A model generated the notes under the pieces. It saw only the letters and a program-made list of their open reading frames with translations. It did not search any database and was not told the DNA's origin. 64,000 nt of DNA from Dictyostelium discoideum (Eukaryota). The position numbers and the translations under genes were made by a program. Below, piece by piece: positions 1 to 13,951 of this stretch; within the stretch, counting starts at the first letter, position 1, and each line of letters begins with the position of its first letter. The DNA lies in the NCBI GenBank assembly GCA_000004695.1, contig CM000150.2, positions 2,048,001-2,112,000 on the forward strand, in the 5' to 3' direction.

Positions 1-203
1 TAATTCTATACATATACAATACCATCTTATTAGTAAATATCTAAACAAAAAAAAAAAAAAATTCAAATAAAATATTAATTAATAGTATTTATTAAAAGTG
101 ATTTAGTAAATAAAATAAAATATTTAAAAAATAAATAATAAATAATAAAAAAAAAAGGGTATAAAAAAAAAAAAAAAAAAAAACTATTAATTAATAATTT
201 AAC

Positions 204-234
<31 letters not shown>

Positions 235-274
235 CTATTAATTAATAATTTAACAAAAAAAAAAAAAGAAGAAA

Positions 275-646
275 ATGAAATTTATTCAATTATTTTTAGC
301 AGTTTTATTTTGTTTAGTAATTGTTTCAGCAAATCATATTAAAGATGCAACAATTGAATTAAAACAAATTGGTTCATGGATGGAGAATAATCATGCTGTA
401 ACTCAATATTCAGCCACAATTATTAATCATAAAAATCAAGTTTTAAAATCAATTAACATTGCAACTGATTCAACATTTTGTTTAAATGATTCAACATCAT
501 TTTGGAATATTGAAAGACTTTCAAATGGAGATCTAGTTTTACCTGTTGGTCAACCAACCATTGCTGCTCAAAGTTCCTATACATTTTACTTTATCTTAAA
601 AGGTTCAACTCAACCATTCCTTCATGTTATGTCTGTTGTTTATTAA
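275..646 (+). CDS. Small secreted protein of unknown function (N-terminal signal peptide)
   Basis: 123-aa ORF. Hydrophobic N-terminus MKFIQLFLAVLFCLVIVSA, then a polar mature region. A/T-rich promoter-like sequence upstream and a poly-T tract downstream. No family recognised. Confidence 0.45.
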   Translation: MKFIQLFLAVLFCLVIVSANHIKDATIELKQIGSWMENNHAVTQYSATIINHKNQVLKSINIATDSTFCLNDSTSFWNIERLSNGDLVLPVGQPTIAAQSSYTFYFILKGSTQPFLHVMSVVY

Positions 647-941
647 AAAATAATAATAATTTTTAAATAAAATTTTTAACAAGGAATTCCCTTATTAAAA
701 TTTCAAAAAAATATAATTATATTATCATAAATTTTAAACACCACGGTTAGATAGTGATTTAATTTTCTGAAGTGCAAATTGGTTTATTTTATTAATAATT
801 TTTATTTTTTTATTTTTTTTTTTTTTTTTTTTTTTTTTTTATTTTTATTTTTTTTTTCGAACATTAGGATTCGAATTTTTTTTTTTTTTTTTTTTTTTCA
901 TATTTTCAGTTTGTATTGAGATTAAGGTTTTATAATATAAA

Positions 942-1046
942 ATGTCAAAAACTCCAGCTAAACTTGTAGATTGTAGTTCAACCCTCAGCAGAGTTGGTAA
1001 CCACCTCCAAATGGGTGTTGTTGTAAGTTATCAAAATAAATAAATA

Positions 1047-1098
<52 letters not shown>

Positions 1099-2448
1099 TT
1101 AAATTTTTATTTTTATTTTTATTTTTTTTTTAAAAATGATAGGGTATGCCAAATGTTGGTAAAAGTTCATTGTTCAATTTATTATGTAAAATGTCAATTC
1201 CAGCTGAAAATTTCCCATTTTGTACTATTGATCCAAATTTATCACGTTGCGCTGTTCCAGATGAACGTTATACTTGGTTATGTGAACATTGGAAACCAAA
1301 GAGTGAAGTCCCATCTTATTTACAAATCACTGATATTGCTGGTTTAGTTAAAGGTGCTTCAACTGGTGCTGGTCTTGGTAATGCGTATGTATAAAATTAA
1401 AAAAAAAAATTAAAAAAATATCACAATAATAATACTAATACTAATAATACTAATAATACTATAAATATATATATACCACCACAATTATTAGTTTCCTTTC
1501 TCACATTCAACAAGTCGATGGTATTTACCATATGATTCGTGCCTTTGAAAATGATGAAATCATTCATGTTGAAGATTCAGTCGACCCAGTCAGAGATTTA
1601 GATATCATTTCAAAAGAATTAATTGCCAAAGATATTGAATTCACAACTAAAGCTTTAAAAACTTTACAAACCTCTTTAAAAAATGTAAGTTGTTTATTAT
1701 TATTATTATTTAAATACAAAGGTGGTGATTGTAGTGTATTAATATTTTTTTTATTTTTTTATTTTTTTTTTTTATATTTTAGAAAACAATTGATAAAGCT
1801 AAACAAGTTGAACTTGGTACTTATAATAAAGTTTTAGAATTATTAGAATCAGGTAAACATGTAAGATATGGTACTTATTCAAATGCTGAAACTGAACATG
1901 TTCGTGATTTACATTTATTGACATCAAAACCAGCAATTTATTTAATCAATCTTTCTGAAGAAGATTTCATTAGAAAGAAGAATAAATGGTTAGCAAAGAT
2001 TAAAGCATGGGTTGATGAAAATGGTGGTGGTACAATGATTCCAGTTTCAGTAAGTTTTGAAAAAGCTTTATTGGATTTATCTTCAGATGATGAAAGAAAA
2101 GCATATGAAAAAGAAAAAGGTGCAGTTAGTATTATGCCAAAAATCATTAAAACTGGTTACAGCACATTAAATCTCATCAATTTCTTTACATGTGGTAAAG
2201 ATGAAGTTAGAAGTTGGTGTTTACAAAAAGGTAACAAAGCTCCACAAGCTGCTGGTGTCATTCACACTGATTTCGAAAAAGGTTTCATTATGGCTGAAAC
2301 TATGGCTTATTCTGACTTTTTCGAATTAAAATCTGAAGCTGAATGTAAATCAAGAGGAAAATATAGAATGGAAGGTAAAAACTATGAAGTTGTTGATGGT
2401 GATATTATTTTCTTCAAATTCAACGTATCAAATAATAAGAAAAAATAA
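942..2448 (+). CDS. ola1: Obg-like ATPase 1 (OLA1/YchF family P-loop NTPase). Exons 942..1022, 1143..1384, 1492..1684, 1783..2448
   Basis: The spliced translation matches OLA1 end to end. N-terminal block: [41 protein letters not shown], including the G1 P-loop. Middle block: [49 protein letters not shown]-terminal TGS-like block: [20 protein letters not shown]...[10 protein letters not shown]. Introns have GTAAGT/GTATGT donors and AG acceptors, and phases are consistent. Confidence 0.9.
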
Positions 2449-2766
2449 ATAAATAAATTAAAATAAATAAAAAAATAAAAAAAAAAAAAGAATCATTTTC
2501 CAACTTTTTTTTCAAAATAAAATTAATATATATTTAATTATTTAATTTTATTTTTATTACAATTTTTAAAACAATCTCAAAATATAACCTTAATATTGAA
2601 CGCGTTTGTTGTCGAGTTTGATGGTTTCTTTTTTTTTTTTTTGATTTTTTTTTTTTTGATTTTTTTTTTTTTTTTTTTTTAGAGTTTTGTTTAATGGTTC
2701 GCTTTTTTTTTTTTTATTTTTATTATTTTTAATCACTTTTGATCAAAACTCAAAAAAAAAAAAAAA

Positions 2767-3719
2767 ATGACAACAAAAATAGTTGAAGAAGGATATTGGT
2801 TTTCAAAAATCCCTTCAAAAAGATGGGCTGAAAAATTCTTTTTATTCTACAGTCCAGTTTGGATCACCGTATTTTCATTAATCGTTGCAACTGGTGCTTA
2901 TAAAGTAATATTAATAAAAAAAAAAAAAAAAAAAAAAAATAAAATCACTTTATTTGGGAAAACTAATTTTATTTATTTATTTATTTATTTATTTACTTGG
3001 AAAAAAAGAGTTTTTATGATGTTGAATTTTTTATTTTAGGTCTTGTTGTTTCATTGCCATGTGTGATTTATCCATTATTATTCCCATGTGCAGCAGATAA
3101 AGGTAAACCAATTTTAGAGAGATATTGGGTTAAAGCAAATATTTGGATTGCATTATTTGGATTTGTTGGAAATTATTTTTGGACACATTACTTTTTCGTT
3201 TTATTACAAGCAACTTATAGATTTCCAGTTGAATTCAAATTGAATGAGGTACCAGTAATGCTTTATTTTGTAACTCATGCATATTTCATTAGTTATCATG
3301 CTGCAACTACACCAATTTTACGTCGTTATTGGACTGCATTTGGTGGTCGTGATAATCGTACCTTTTTAAAGACTGTTGGTTCAATTTTGATCGTTTGTGC
3401 TATGGCTTATTTCACTGCTTTCATGGAAGCATGGACTATTAGTTCTGTACCATACTATCATATTGAAGATCGTACTAAAATGTATACAATCGGTTCAACT
3501 TTTTACATGTTATACTTTGTAATCTCTTTCCCAATGTTTGCCCGTATTGATGAGACTGGTCCAAAACATAATGAAAAATGGAATATTTCACGTGCTGCTT
3601 TAGAAGGTTTAGGTAGTGCTATGATCGTTTTCATTTTATGTGATTTTTGGAGACTTGCAATTGGTTCATTAAATGGTGAACAAGTTGGTCAAGTTTTTAT
3701 TGGTAAAAGTGGTGTTTAA
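2767..3719 (+). CDS. Cycloeucalenol cycloisomerase (plant CPI1-type sterol pathway enzyme), polytopic membrane protein. Exons 2767..2904, 3009..3719
   Basis: Translation blocks PSKRWAEKFFLFYSPVWIT, RYWVKANIWIALFGFVGNYFWTHYFF, ILRRYWTAFGG and SFPMFARIDE align with Arabidopsis CPI1 (PSKRWGELFFLLYTPFWLT, RYWVKANLWIIVFSYVGNYFWTHYFF). Intron has a GTAATA donor at 2905 and an AG acceptor at 3007-3008, phase 0. Confidence 0.8.
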
Positions 3720-3722
3720 ATG

Positions 3723-3777
<55 letters not shown>

Positions 3778-4353
3778 TACTTTTATTCACTTGATGGATT
3801 AAAAAAAAAAAATAATAATAATAATTTAAATCATTTAAAGAATAATAAAATAATAAAATAAAATTTCTTTTTTTTTCCTAATTCTATCTAAAAAAAATAA
3901 TGTTTCTCTTCCCATCTTTATATTTTTCTGCTTCAACACACCCAACAAACCAACATGGTTAAAAAAAAATTAGTAAAAATTAATTATTAATTTATTAATT
4001 TATTTTAAAAAAAACATCTAACCTCTTAATGATTTAGTAAACTTTTAAATTGTTTTATTTTGTTTTCCTTTTTCTTCTTTAGAATCTTCACTAAATTCAT
4101 TAAAGAATATGGTTAAAAAAAATATATATATATATTTATATACTTTGATTAAATTTATTTATTATACTTTATATAATGACAGAAAATTATGATTTAAATT
4201 CTCAATCTTTATATAATAATTCAAATATTAATATTTTATATAATGAAAAATCAGTTGTTAATACTACTGATTTTATTCATCAATCTCATAAGCAAATACC
4301 CATAATATATCATTTTTTAGTCAACACATTTATATTAATTTATAATAAATAAA

Positions 4354-4722
4354 TTATTCTTCTTTATTTAAATATTCATCTATTAAATGTTTAATAGCCT
4401 TTGTTAAATTATTCATATAATATTTTAACTTTTTTGTTTTATTATTTGGAAATAATATTGTTTTCATAGTTTGAAATGCTATAATTTCTGGATTTAAACC
4501 AGGTTGTAAAAGTGATTTGCCAATTACTAAATCATACTCATTAATTAGTTTGTTAATAGTTGAATATGATAAATTATTGTTGGTGACCCAGGTTTCTGAA
4601 ATATATTTTTCGGTATCTATTTTAAAATTGGTCAAAATGTAAAGTTGATGGCATTTTAAATCAATTATAAACACAGACATTTCTTGATAAATTTTACCTA
4701 AATATATAATATGCTTTAACAT
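4354..4722 (-). CDS. Hypothetical protein (122-aa ORF), possibly part of a decayed or multi-exon gene
   Basis: Only a single ORF. Upstream on the same strand (4723..5075) there are further open stretches in other frames (MLTEEILSFQQQPTEINLSLMDCIKKYLF...) separated by stops. No family recognised. Confidence 0.3.
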   Translation of the reverse strand: MLKHIIYLGKIYQEMSVFIIDLKCHQLYILTNFKIDTEKYISETWVTNNNLSYSTINKLINEYDLVIGKSLLQPGLNPEIIAFQTMKTILFPNNKTKKLKYYMNNLTKAIKHLIDEYLNKEE

Positions 4723-5379
4723 CTTATTTAAATGACGAGTGATAAAGATTTGGATTGATAAAAATTATATCAGGATTTTGAGTTTTTGTCTTTGGAATAA
4801 ATATTTTTAAAATTTTTCATAAATTGATTTAGGTGAATTTAAATCAACAATTGTTGAATTTTAATAAAAGGAATAACACATTGATATAAATAATACGCAT
4901 AAATCAGTATCTGCGTTGGTGAATAAATATTTTTTAATGCAATCCATTAATGATAAATTTATTTCAGTAGGTTGTTGTTGAAAACTTAAAATTTCTTCAG
5001 TTAACATATTAACTTTTTTTTTAGAGAATTAATTTCTTCATTTTCATTTTTTTCTCTTATGAGCTAAGTCTTCCATATTGGAAATCACAAAAAAAAAAAA
5101 ACTTATTATTTAATTAAAAAAAAAAATTAAAAAAAAAACTAATAAAAAATCAAAAAATCAAAAAAAAATTTCCTGGAAAAATAACATCGACAATTAACCG
5201 ATTTTTATTTTGTGGATACCAGTGAATTGATTTATTTTATTTTTTTTTTTTTTTTTAAAAGATATTTATATGTCCACTGAGCATAATAAAAAATTTAAAA
5301 TTGAAAGTTCCTCAAAATTAGAAGGCTATAAAAAAAAAAAATGAATGATAAATAATTAAACTAAAAATAAAATTAAAAC

Positions 5380-5415
<36 letters not shown>

Positions 5416-6000
5416 AATAGAACAGTTAAATTAGTTTTTTTATTTATTTATTTTTTTTTTTTTTTATATCATTTTGTGTATTTTTCAGTTCTCTATTTTT
5501 ATATACTAAATTCATATTAAAAAATAATAAAAAAATAAAATCATTGTCAAAAAATTCAAGTGAAAATAAAAAAAATAAAAAAAAATATTTTAAAATATCA
5601 AATTTATTTTTTTTAAAATGAAAAAAAAAATCAATTGGGAGTCAAAAAAAAAAAAAATCTTTTTTTTTATTTTATTTTTTTTTATTTTTTTTTTCATCAT
5701 TTTGTGCCAAAAAAAAAAAAAAACAATAAACACACACTAAAAACAATAAACACACACCAAAATCTTTTTTTTTTTTTTCATTTTAAAAACAAATCTAATT
5801 TCGTGGTAAAATACACATATATATAGAGAAAAAAAACAAAAAAAAATATATAAATAAAAAAATTTAAAAAAAGAAAAAAATTAAAAAATTAATTTTTCGA
5901 AAAAAAAAAGGTGAAAGAAAAAGTGTAAATAAATAAAAAAAATAAAAAAATTTATTTATATTTATATTTATATATATATATATAACAGTAATAGTATAAA

Positions 6001-6913
<913 letters not shown>

Positions 6914-7280
6914 TAAATAAATAAAAAAAAAAAATTAAAAAAATAATTTTAAAAAAAAAAAAAAAACAAAACAAATAATATTATTACACTAGAAAAAAGA
7001 AATTAATAAATTTTATTATAAATTAGGCAATTTCTTATTTTTTAATGCAATTTCTATTTGCAATATTTTAAGAAGTTTTTTCCTTAAAAATTGATTAATT
7101 CAATTAAAAAATAAGAAATCACCTAATTTTATTAACTTATAATAAAATAAATCAATTTTTTCCCGTGTATTATTTTAACTATTTTTTTTTTTTTTTATTT
7201 ATTTTTTTATTTTTTTATTTTTTTTTTATTTTTATTTTTTTTATTTTTATTTATTTATTTATTTATTATTAATAATTTAT

Positions 7281-8126
7281 TTAATTCTTTCTGTATAATT
7301 TCCAATCTTTTTTAGAAAGTTTCTTTAATTTTTGAGTATTATTAATAACTTGAACGACTTCAGATTTTTTAAGATTTTCTTCTTTAATTCTTTTATTTTC
7401 TCTGATTGCATTATGCATAAGTGTTTTATCGAGTTTAGTTTTCTCTTTGATTTCTCTTTCTTTATCTTTCATTCTCTTTAAGTCAATTCTTTGTTTTTGT
7501 TTATTTTCAAATGATTGTTTAAAACCTTTAGATTTAATAGCAGAGTTTAATTTTGATGATGGTGTTTTCCAAACTCTACCTGATACTGGTTTACCTCTAC
7601 TTGGATCAATTTCTTTGATTGTTCTTTTCATTTTATTTACAGTTGGTGTGTTGGTAGTAGTGGTAGTAGTAGTATCATTATTTTGTTCTTCTTTTGCTTT
7701 TGGTACATCTTCTTCTTTTGATGGTTTTGGAGTTGGTGCTGGTAAATCTTTTGTAATAATAACTTCATCGTCAACAATATTTTCAATTGGTTGCTTTTCT
7801 GTGATTACGATATCTTCTTTTTCTTCTGCTTGTTGTTCATTTTCAGTAGTTTTTGGTTGATCAATTGGTGCTGATGGTTGTGGTGTTTCAGTTGATTTTT
7901 TAGTTGCAGCTGGTTTCTTTGCTGAAACTTTTTTACTAACTTTTTTAACTGGTTTTTCAATTGGTTGTTCTACTTGAATTACATCAGTGTCCATTTCAAT
8001 ATTATCATCTTGGTTGGTTTCAGTATCTGGTTTAACTGATTTTCTTGGTTTTCTTATTTTTGTTGACTTTAAAAGAGTCATAAATTGAGTATCTTCAATA
8101 TTTGAGGTTCTTCTTGTTCCTGTCAT
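7281..8126 (-). CDS. Lysine-rich nucleolar-type protein with C-terminal Cgr1 domain (CCDC86/cyclon-like)
   Basis: 281-aa ORF rich in K/E/T. The C-terminus SGRVWKTPSS...KQRIDLKRMKDKEREIKEK...SEVVQVINNTQKLKKLSKKDWK carries the GRVWK and EVVQVI signatures of the Cgr1/CCDC86 family. Confidence 0.65.
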   Translation of the reverse strand: MTGTRRTSNIEDTQFMTLLKSTKIRKPRKSVKPDTETNQDDNIEMDTDVIQVEQPIEKPVKKVSKKVSAKKPAATKKSTETPQPSAPIDQPKTTENEQQAEEKEDIVITEKQPIENIVDDEVIITKDLPAPTPKPSKEEDVPKAKEEQNNDTTTTTTTNTPTVNKMKRTIKEIDPSRGKPVSGRVWKTPSSKLNSAIKSKGFKQSFENKQKQRIDLKRMKDKEREIKEKTKLDKTLMHNAIRENKRIKEENLKKSEVVQVINNTQKLKKLSKKDWKLYRKN

Positions 8127-8698
8127 TCTTGTTATTATTATATTGATTAATCAAAATTACTTTTTATTTATATAACTTTTAAAAAAAAAAAAAAAAAAAA
8201 AACAAAAAACGAATCGGGGGAATTGAGAAAAAATAATAAAAAAAAAAATTTAAAAAAAAATAAAAATAAAAAATCGTTTTTTTCACCCTTCGTCAAAAAA
8301 AAAAAAAATAAAATTTTATTTAATTTAATTTTATTTAAATTTTTTTTTTTTTTATGATTTTTATTTTTTTTTTTAAAATTAATTTTTTTTTTTTTTTTCA
8401 ATATAAAAAATTGAACAAACAAGGAATTCCTTTATTTGTTTCATTTTTTTTTTTTCTATGTATATAAAATTTAATTTCTTTTTCTATGTTACAATTTATA
8501 CTTAGAATAATTTAAACAATAAAACAAACTCGAACTAGTCAATACATGATTTATTAATTTTTTTTTTTTTAAAAAAGAAAATTAAAAAAAAAAAAAAAAA
8601 AATAGAAACAAACCAAAAGAACAATTCAAAATAATAAAATAAAAATAAAATAAAATAAATAAATAACAATATATATACCTTTTTTTATTATAGTCACA
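8127..8698. promoter_or_regulatory. Putative bidirectional promoter region between divergent genes
   Basis: AT-rich 570-bp spacer with long A and T homopolymers between the start of the minus-strand gene (8126) and the plus-strand gene (8699). Inferred from gene arrangement only. Confidence 0.3.
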
Positions 8699-9337
8699 AT
8701 GGATGACGATGATAATAAAAAATCTTCAAAACTTGAAGATATTACTCAAAATTTAGTAATGGATAATAAACATAATAATATTATTAGTAATAATGAATCA
8801 ATTGATAGTGGTGCAGTTTCAATTAATAAAATTGAAATTGTGTCTCCATCAAATGAATTAGAGGAACCTTTCAATTTTATCAATGATACAGAAAATATAG
8901 TTGAAGAAGAAGAGGAAGAAGAAGAAAAAGAACAAATTATCAATGTTAAAGAAAATCAACACGAAAAAGAGGAAAATGATAAAAATAATAGAATTGAAAA
9001 TGAAAAAAAAGACATTCAAAAAGAAGAGAGTCAACAAATTTTGGTTTTTGATCAATGTACAGAGTCAAGAGAGGAAGTTTATGTTGAAGAGGATGACGAT
9101 GATGAATATCATGATTTAACTACTGATAAAGAAGATAACGAATTACCATCCATAGAAGAGAATGAAGATGATCAATTAAATTCAACATTTACTATAAACA
9201 AAAAAACAATAAATAATAGTGACGATTATGATGACGATGAAGAGGAAGAGGATGATGAAGAAGAGGATGAAGAGGAAGAAGAAGAAGAGGAAGAAGATTT
9301 AGTTAGTAGTAATAAAAATAATAATAATAATAATAAC

Positions 9338-9377
<40 letters not shown>

Positions 9378-11794
9378 GCAATAATAAAAATAGTAATACC
9401 AAAAAAAGAAGCCTCTCAAATCCAACATCACCAACATTATCACCTTCTCCCACTTCTAATAATATTAGCGAAAGTAATAATATTGTTAAAAGTAATAATA
9501 GTGCTTTAAATATTAAAAAGTCAAACAATACAACGAATAAACCAAAAAATAGTGTTCATAGTAGTAGCAGCAACAATAACAGTAATAATAAAAACATAAA
9601 TAGTAGAAATTTATTAAATCATATCAATAGTGGTAATTATTCTACAGTACCAACAAACAATAATGGTGTTGTTAGTTTAACATTCGATAGCAATCCAAAT
9701 AGTAGTTATAGTATCAATAGTAGTAATTATGATGACGATGATGAACAATATTATAATGAAGTATTGGAGTTGAATATTAATAAAGTTAATAGCAACAATA
9801 GCAACAATAACAACAATAATAATAATAGTAATAATAATAGTAAAAATAAAAATACTAGCAACGGTAGTAACATCAATAACAGTGGCAACACCAAAATGGT
9901 AAAGAAAACAAGAAATACTATAAGTGGTAGTAAACATAATAGAACCAATAGTACAGCATCAATAGAAAATACAACTACAGATGAAGACTTTGGTGACTTT
10001 GAGGATGATTTAGATGAAAACTTTATCGAGGGTTCTGAGGAAGAAGAGGAGGAAGAGGATGATGATGACGATGAAGAAGAGGAAGAGGAAGAAGATGTAA
10101 CCAATGTATCAGATTCAAATGAAGAGGATCTTGGTAATTTCGAAGGTTTAGATGAAGAAAATGGTTTACTTGAGGGTAATTTCTCAAATGAGGAATTACC
10201 AAACAATACCAACGAAGAAGATGAAGAAGAAGAAGAAGATAACTTTAGTAATAAAAATAATCCTTTCCAATTCTCATTTAACAACAATAATAGTGGTAGT
10301 AATAACAGCAATAGTAATGCATTCCAAAAAACCTATAGCTTATTTGGTCAACAATCATTCTTTAATAATATTATAAATCCAGTTTCAGAATTAAATACAA
10401 ATTCATTCCTCAAACCACTTAATAATAATACTAATTTTGGTTCACCTTCAAAAGCACAAAAGAAACAACAACAACAACAACAACAACAACAGCAACAACA
10501 ACAGTTTAGTAATAACAATAACCAAACTATGCAATCCCCAATGTTTAATACTCCATTCGTTAACAGTAGTAATTTATTTAATGGTTATGATAATAATAAT
10601 AATAATAATAGTAATAATAACTTCATAAATAAATTCCCTTATGGCCAACCATTACAACAACCGCAACAATTTAATAACTTTGGATTTATTCCGAATTTAA
10701 ATGGTACACCAACTATAAATGAATTCTTAATTCAACACCAATTTTTAGGTTTATCAAATGAAAATCGACAATTTGTTATGACTTTCACAAGTTATGGCTT
10801 CTCGATGGAGCAATGTTTACATGCACTTTATAATAGTAATAATGATAGAAATATTGCTTCAAAATGGTTAATAGAATTAAAATCATTTCTTATTAATTGG
10901 CAATCACTCTCAAATAATAATAACAATAATAATAACAATAATAATAACAATATGAATATGAACATGAACATGGGTTTACCACAGCAATCTTTACAAAATA
11001 ATAATACTATCAACAATAACAACAATATCCCAAATGCTTTCTTTGATTTCCATAATAACAATAATAATAATAATAACAATAACAACATTACAAGTAATAC
11101 TTTTAACAATAACAATAATAGTAATAATAACAATAATAATAATAATGGATCACCATCAAATCAAGACTTTTTTAATCTTACAACTAGTAATAGTGGAAAA
11201 TCTATTTCAAATTCTTCATCACCAACATCATCTTCAACACCCCAACATCCATTTAGTACTGGAGTAAGAAATTCAATCTCTTCAAATAATCAAAAACAAA
11301 CAAAAGAATCAATGTCCTCAACCTCATCAAACTCATCGGCATCTAGTATTGATAAAAAACTATTATCACCATTACAAAAAACTCAAAAATTAATGAATAT
11401 CGATCAACAGCAACAATCATCACCACCATCCCTACAAGCAACACAAACAACACAACCAACAAAAGATTTAGATGAGGCTAATAGATATTATGAACTTGGT
11501 GTTTACTATCTAAAACAACATGATTATGAAAAAGCATTAACTCATTTCGACAAATCCTATGAAATTAATCCAACTAGTCAAGCTATGAATAAAATATTTG
11601 AATTAACAAATAAAATGTTTAAAAGTAAAAATAATAGCAACAATAACAATAGTAATAATAACAACAATAATACTAGTAGTAGTAGTACTAATAATAGTAA
11701 TAGTACTGAAAATCAAAATACCACAAGTTCTAATAACTCAAAACCTGATCCATTACCAAAAACTGATAAAAAATCAGGGGACTCAAATTTATTA

Positions 11795-11840
<46 letters not shown>

Positions 11841-12840
11841 TCACATGGGCGGATAAGTCAGAATCGAAAAAACCTGAACCAGGAAGTAAGGAACTATTGG
11901 CAAATCAAGCTACTGATAATTGGAATAAGAAACAACAACAACAATCAAAACTATCAAATGGTACAAATGTTTGGGGTATTGCAACAAAAACAACAACAAC
12001 AACTTCAACAACAACAATTTCTGATAATACCACAACTTCAAATAAACCAGCACTATCAATTTCAATACCATCAAATGACACTAATGAACCATTAGAATCA
12101 AAGAAGGATACAAAGTTACAAACTAAAAATAAAGTCGCAACAGCAACAGCAACAAATACTACACCAGCATCAACAATAACAGAGTCTAAAAAAGATGGTA
12201 ATGAATCATCACCAGAAGTTGATAAAGTAAATGATTCAACTCAAAGTAGTAATGGTGGTGATGAAACCGATTCAACAATAACACCATCGTCATCATCATC
12301 ATTATCATCTAAACAAGCAAGAAAGAAAACAAAACAACAACAAAAAGAAGAGAAAAGAAAAGAAAAAGAAGAAAAAGAACAACGTGAACGTGAAGAGAAA
12401 AAACAAAGAGATGAACAATTGGAATTGGAAAGATTGGAAAAGTTAAAGAAAGAAAAAGAAGATGCTGAACAACGTGAACGTGAAGAAAAAGAAAAACAAA
12501 AACAAATGGAAATCGATCGTATCGAAAGACAATTAAAAGATGAGAAGGAGAGAAAAGAACAAGAACATGAAAAGAAACAACAATTAGAATTGGAAAGACA
12601 CCAGAAAGAAGAGAAAGAAAGAAAAGATAAAGAAAAGAGAAGACAAGAAAGAGAAAGAAGAGAAGAGTCATTACGTTATCAAATTGAATTGGAAAGAAAA
12701 GAAAGAGAACAACGTGAAAAACAATTGGAAAAAGAATTAGAAAAAGAAAAAGAAAGAAAACTTCAATTAAAACAAAAAAAAGTTAAAAAACAACAAACTA
12801 ATCAAAATATTAATGATGACCATAATAATATTGGTAATAA

Positions 12841-12871
<31 letters not shown>

Positions 12872-13102
12872 GATTCACTTGATAATAATAAAAACCAACC
12901 AAATGAAGAGTATATTAAAAATCTTTCTAAAATCTTAAGTGAAAATGGTGTGGGTAATATAAATCTTGAAGATATACCAGACTTAATAAGTGATGATGAA
13001 AGTGATAATGATCTTCCACAACAAACCAATTCAAATAAACAAAAAGACTCATTAACTACCACAACCACTACAACTATAAAACACGGTAAAAATAAAAATA
13101 AA

Positions 13103-13161
<59 letters not shown>

Positions 13162-13951
13162 ATCAACAAGTGCTAAAAAAGGGACAGTTAATCGTAAAAA
13201 ACCAAGATTGAATTCAGATACAAATGGAAATACATTTACTTCAAATATTACTACGCCCTCTTTCAATAATAATAACAATAATAATAGTAATAGTAATAAT
13301 AATAGTAATAATAATGGTAATAATAGTAATAATAATGGTAATAATAATAGTAATAATAATAGTAATAATAATAACAATAATAGTAATAATAGTAGTAGTA
13401 GTAATAATAGCAATAATAATAATAATAATAATAATAACAACAATAATAGTAATAATAATATAAATGGTAATAATAGTAATAGTACTAATTCATCAACAGA
13501 TTCATTCCCTTCTAATTTAATGGGTAACCAAGATCAAACAAACTTTAGTATTCAACCAAGAAAAGCTTTACTCACAAGACATCCAGTTGGCAGTAAAAAT
13601 CGTAAAACCAATGCAATTTTATTATTTATTTGGTGGATTATTAAAATGTTTACATTACCATTACTATCAATACTGGTAAAAATATTTTTTGGTTTATCCT
13701 ATAAATATTGTAAAGCATGTGATTCCTTTCACGATATGACACCAGTTTCAGGTTTTGTTTGGGCTGAAGGTAATAGAATTTTCTTTTTAGGTCATGATCT
13801 TCAAAAGGAAGATGTAACAGATTATGTAGATTTAAAGCAACTAATTGATTTTGACTTACATCACAATAAAAGTGGTAAATCAAAGAAAAAGAAAAATAAT
13901 AATAATAGTAATAATAATAGTAATAATAGTAATAATAATAATCAACAATAA
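8699..13951 (+). CDS. Large (1750 aa) low-complexity protein with UBA-like domain, TPR-like segment, K/E/R coiled coil and a C-terminal hydrophobic segment
   Basis: Single continuous ORF. It has acidic poly-E/D tracts and long polyN/polyQ runs encoded by (AAT)n/(CAA)n. UBA-like segment: FVMTFTSYGFSMEQCLHALYNSNNDRNIASKWL. TPR-like segment: RYYELGVYYLKQHDYEKALTHFDKSYEINP. Charged coiled coil around nt 12300-12780 (e.g. KEKEEKEQREREEKKQRDEQLELERLEKLKKEKE). Near the C-terminus a TM-like helix: AILLFIWWIIKMFTLPLLSILVKIFFGL. Opposite-strand ORFs over it are repeat-frame artefacts. Confidence 0.7.

Noticed and set aside
2997-3039. ORF-track starts at 2997, 35899, 46781, 51961, 56851, 39001 and 63911 shown as M
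   Set aside because: These correspond to TTG (alternative) codons inside exons or introns. Each was resolved as an internal part of a spliced gene, not an independent start.
8746-13463. Many short ORFs on both strands overlapping the 1750-aa gene (e.g. 9226..9528, 9751..10311, 12802..13443)
   Set aside because: They are alternative-frame readings of (AAT)n/(GAA)n/(CAA)n coding repeats, giving poly-L/S/I peptides and no independent signals.
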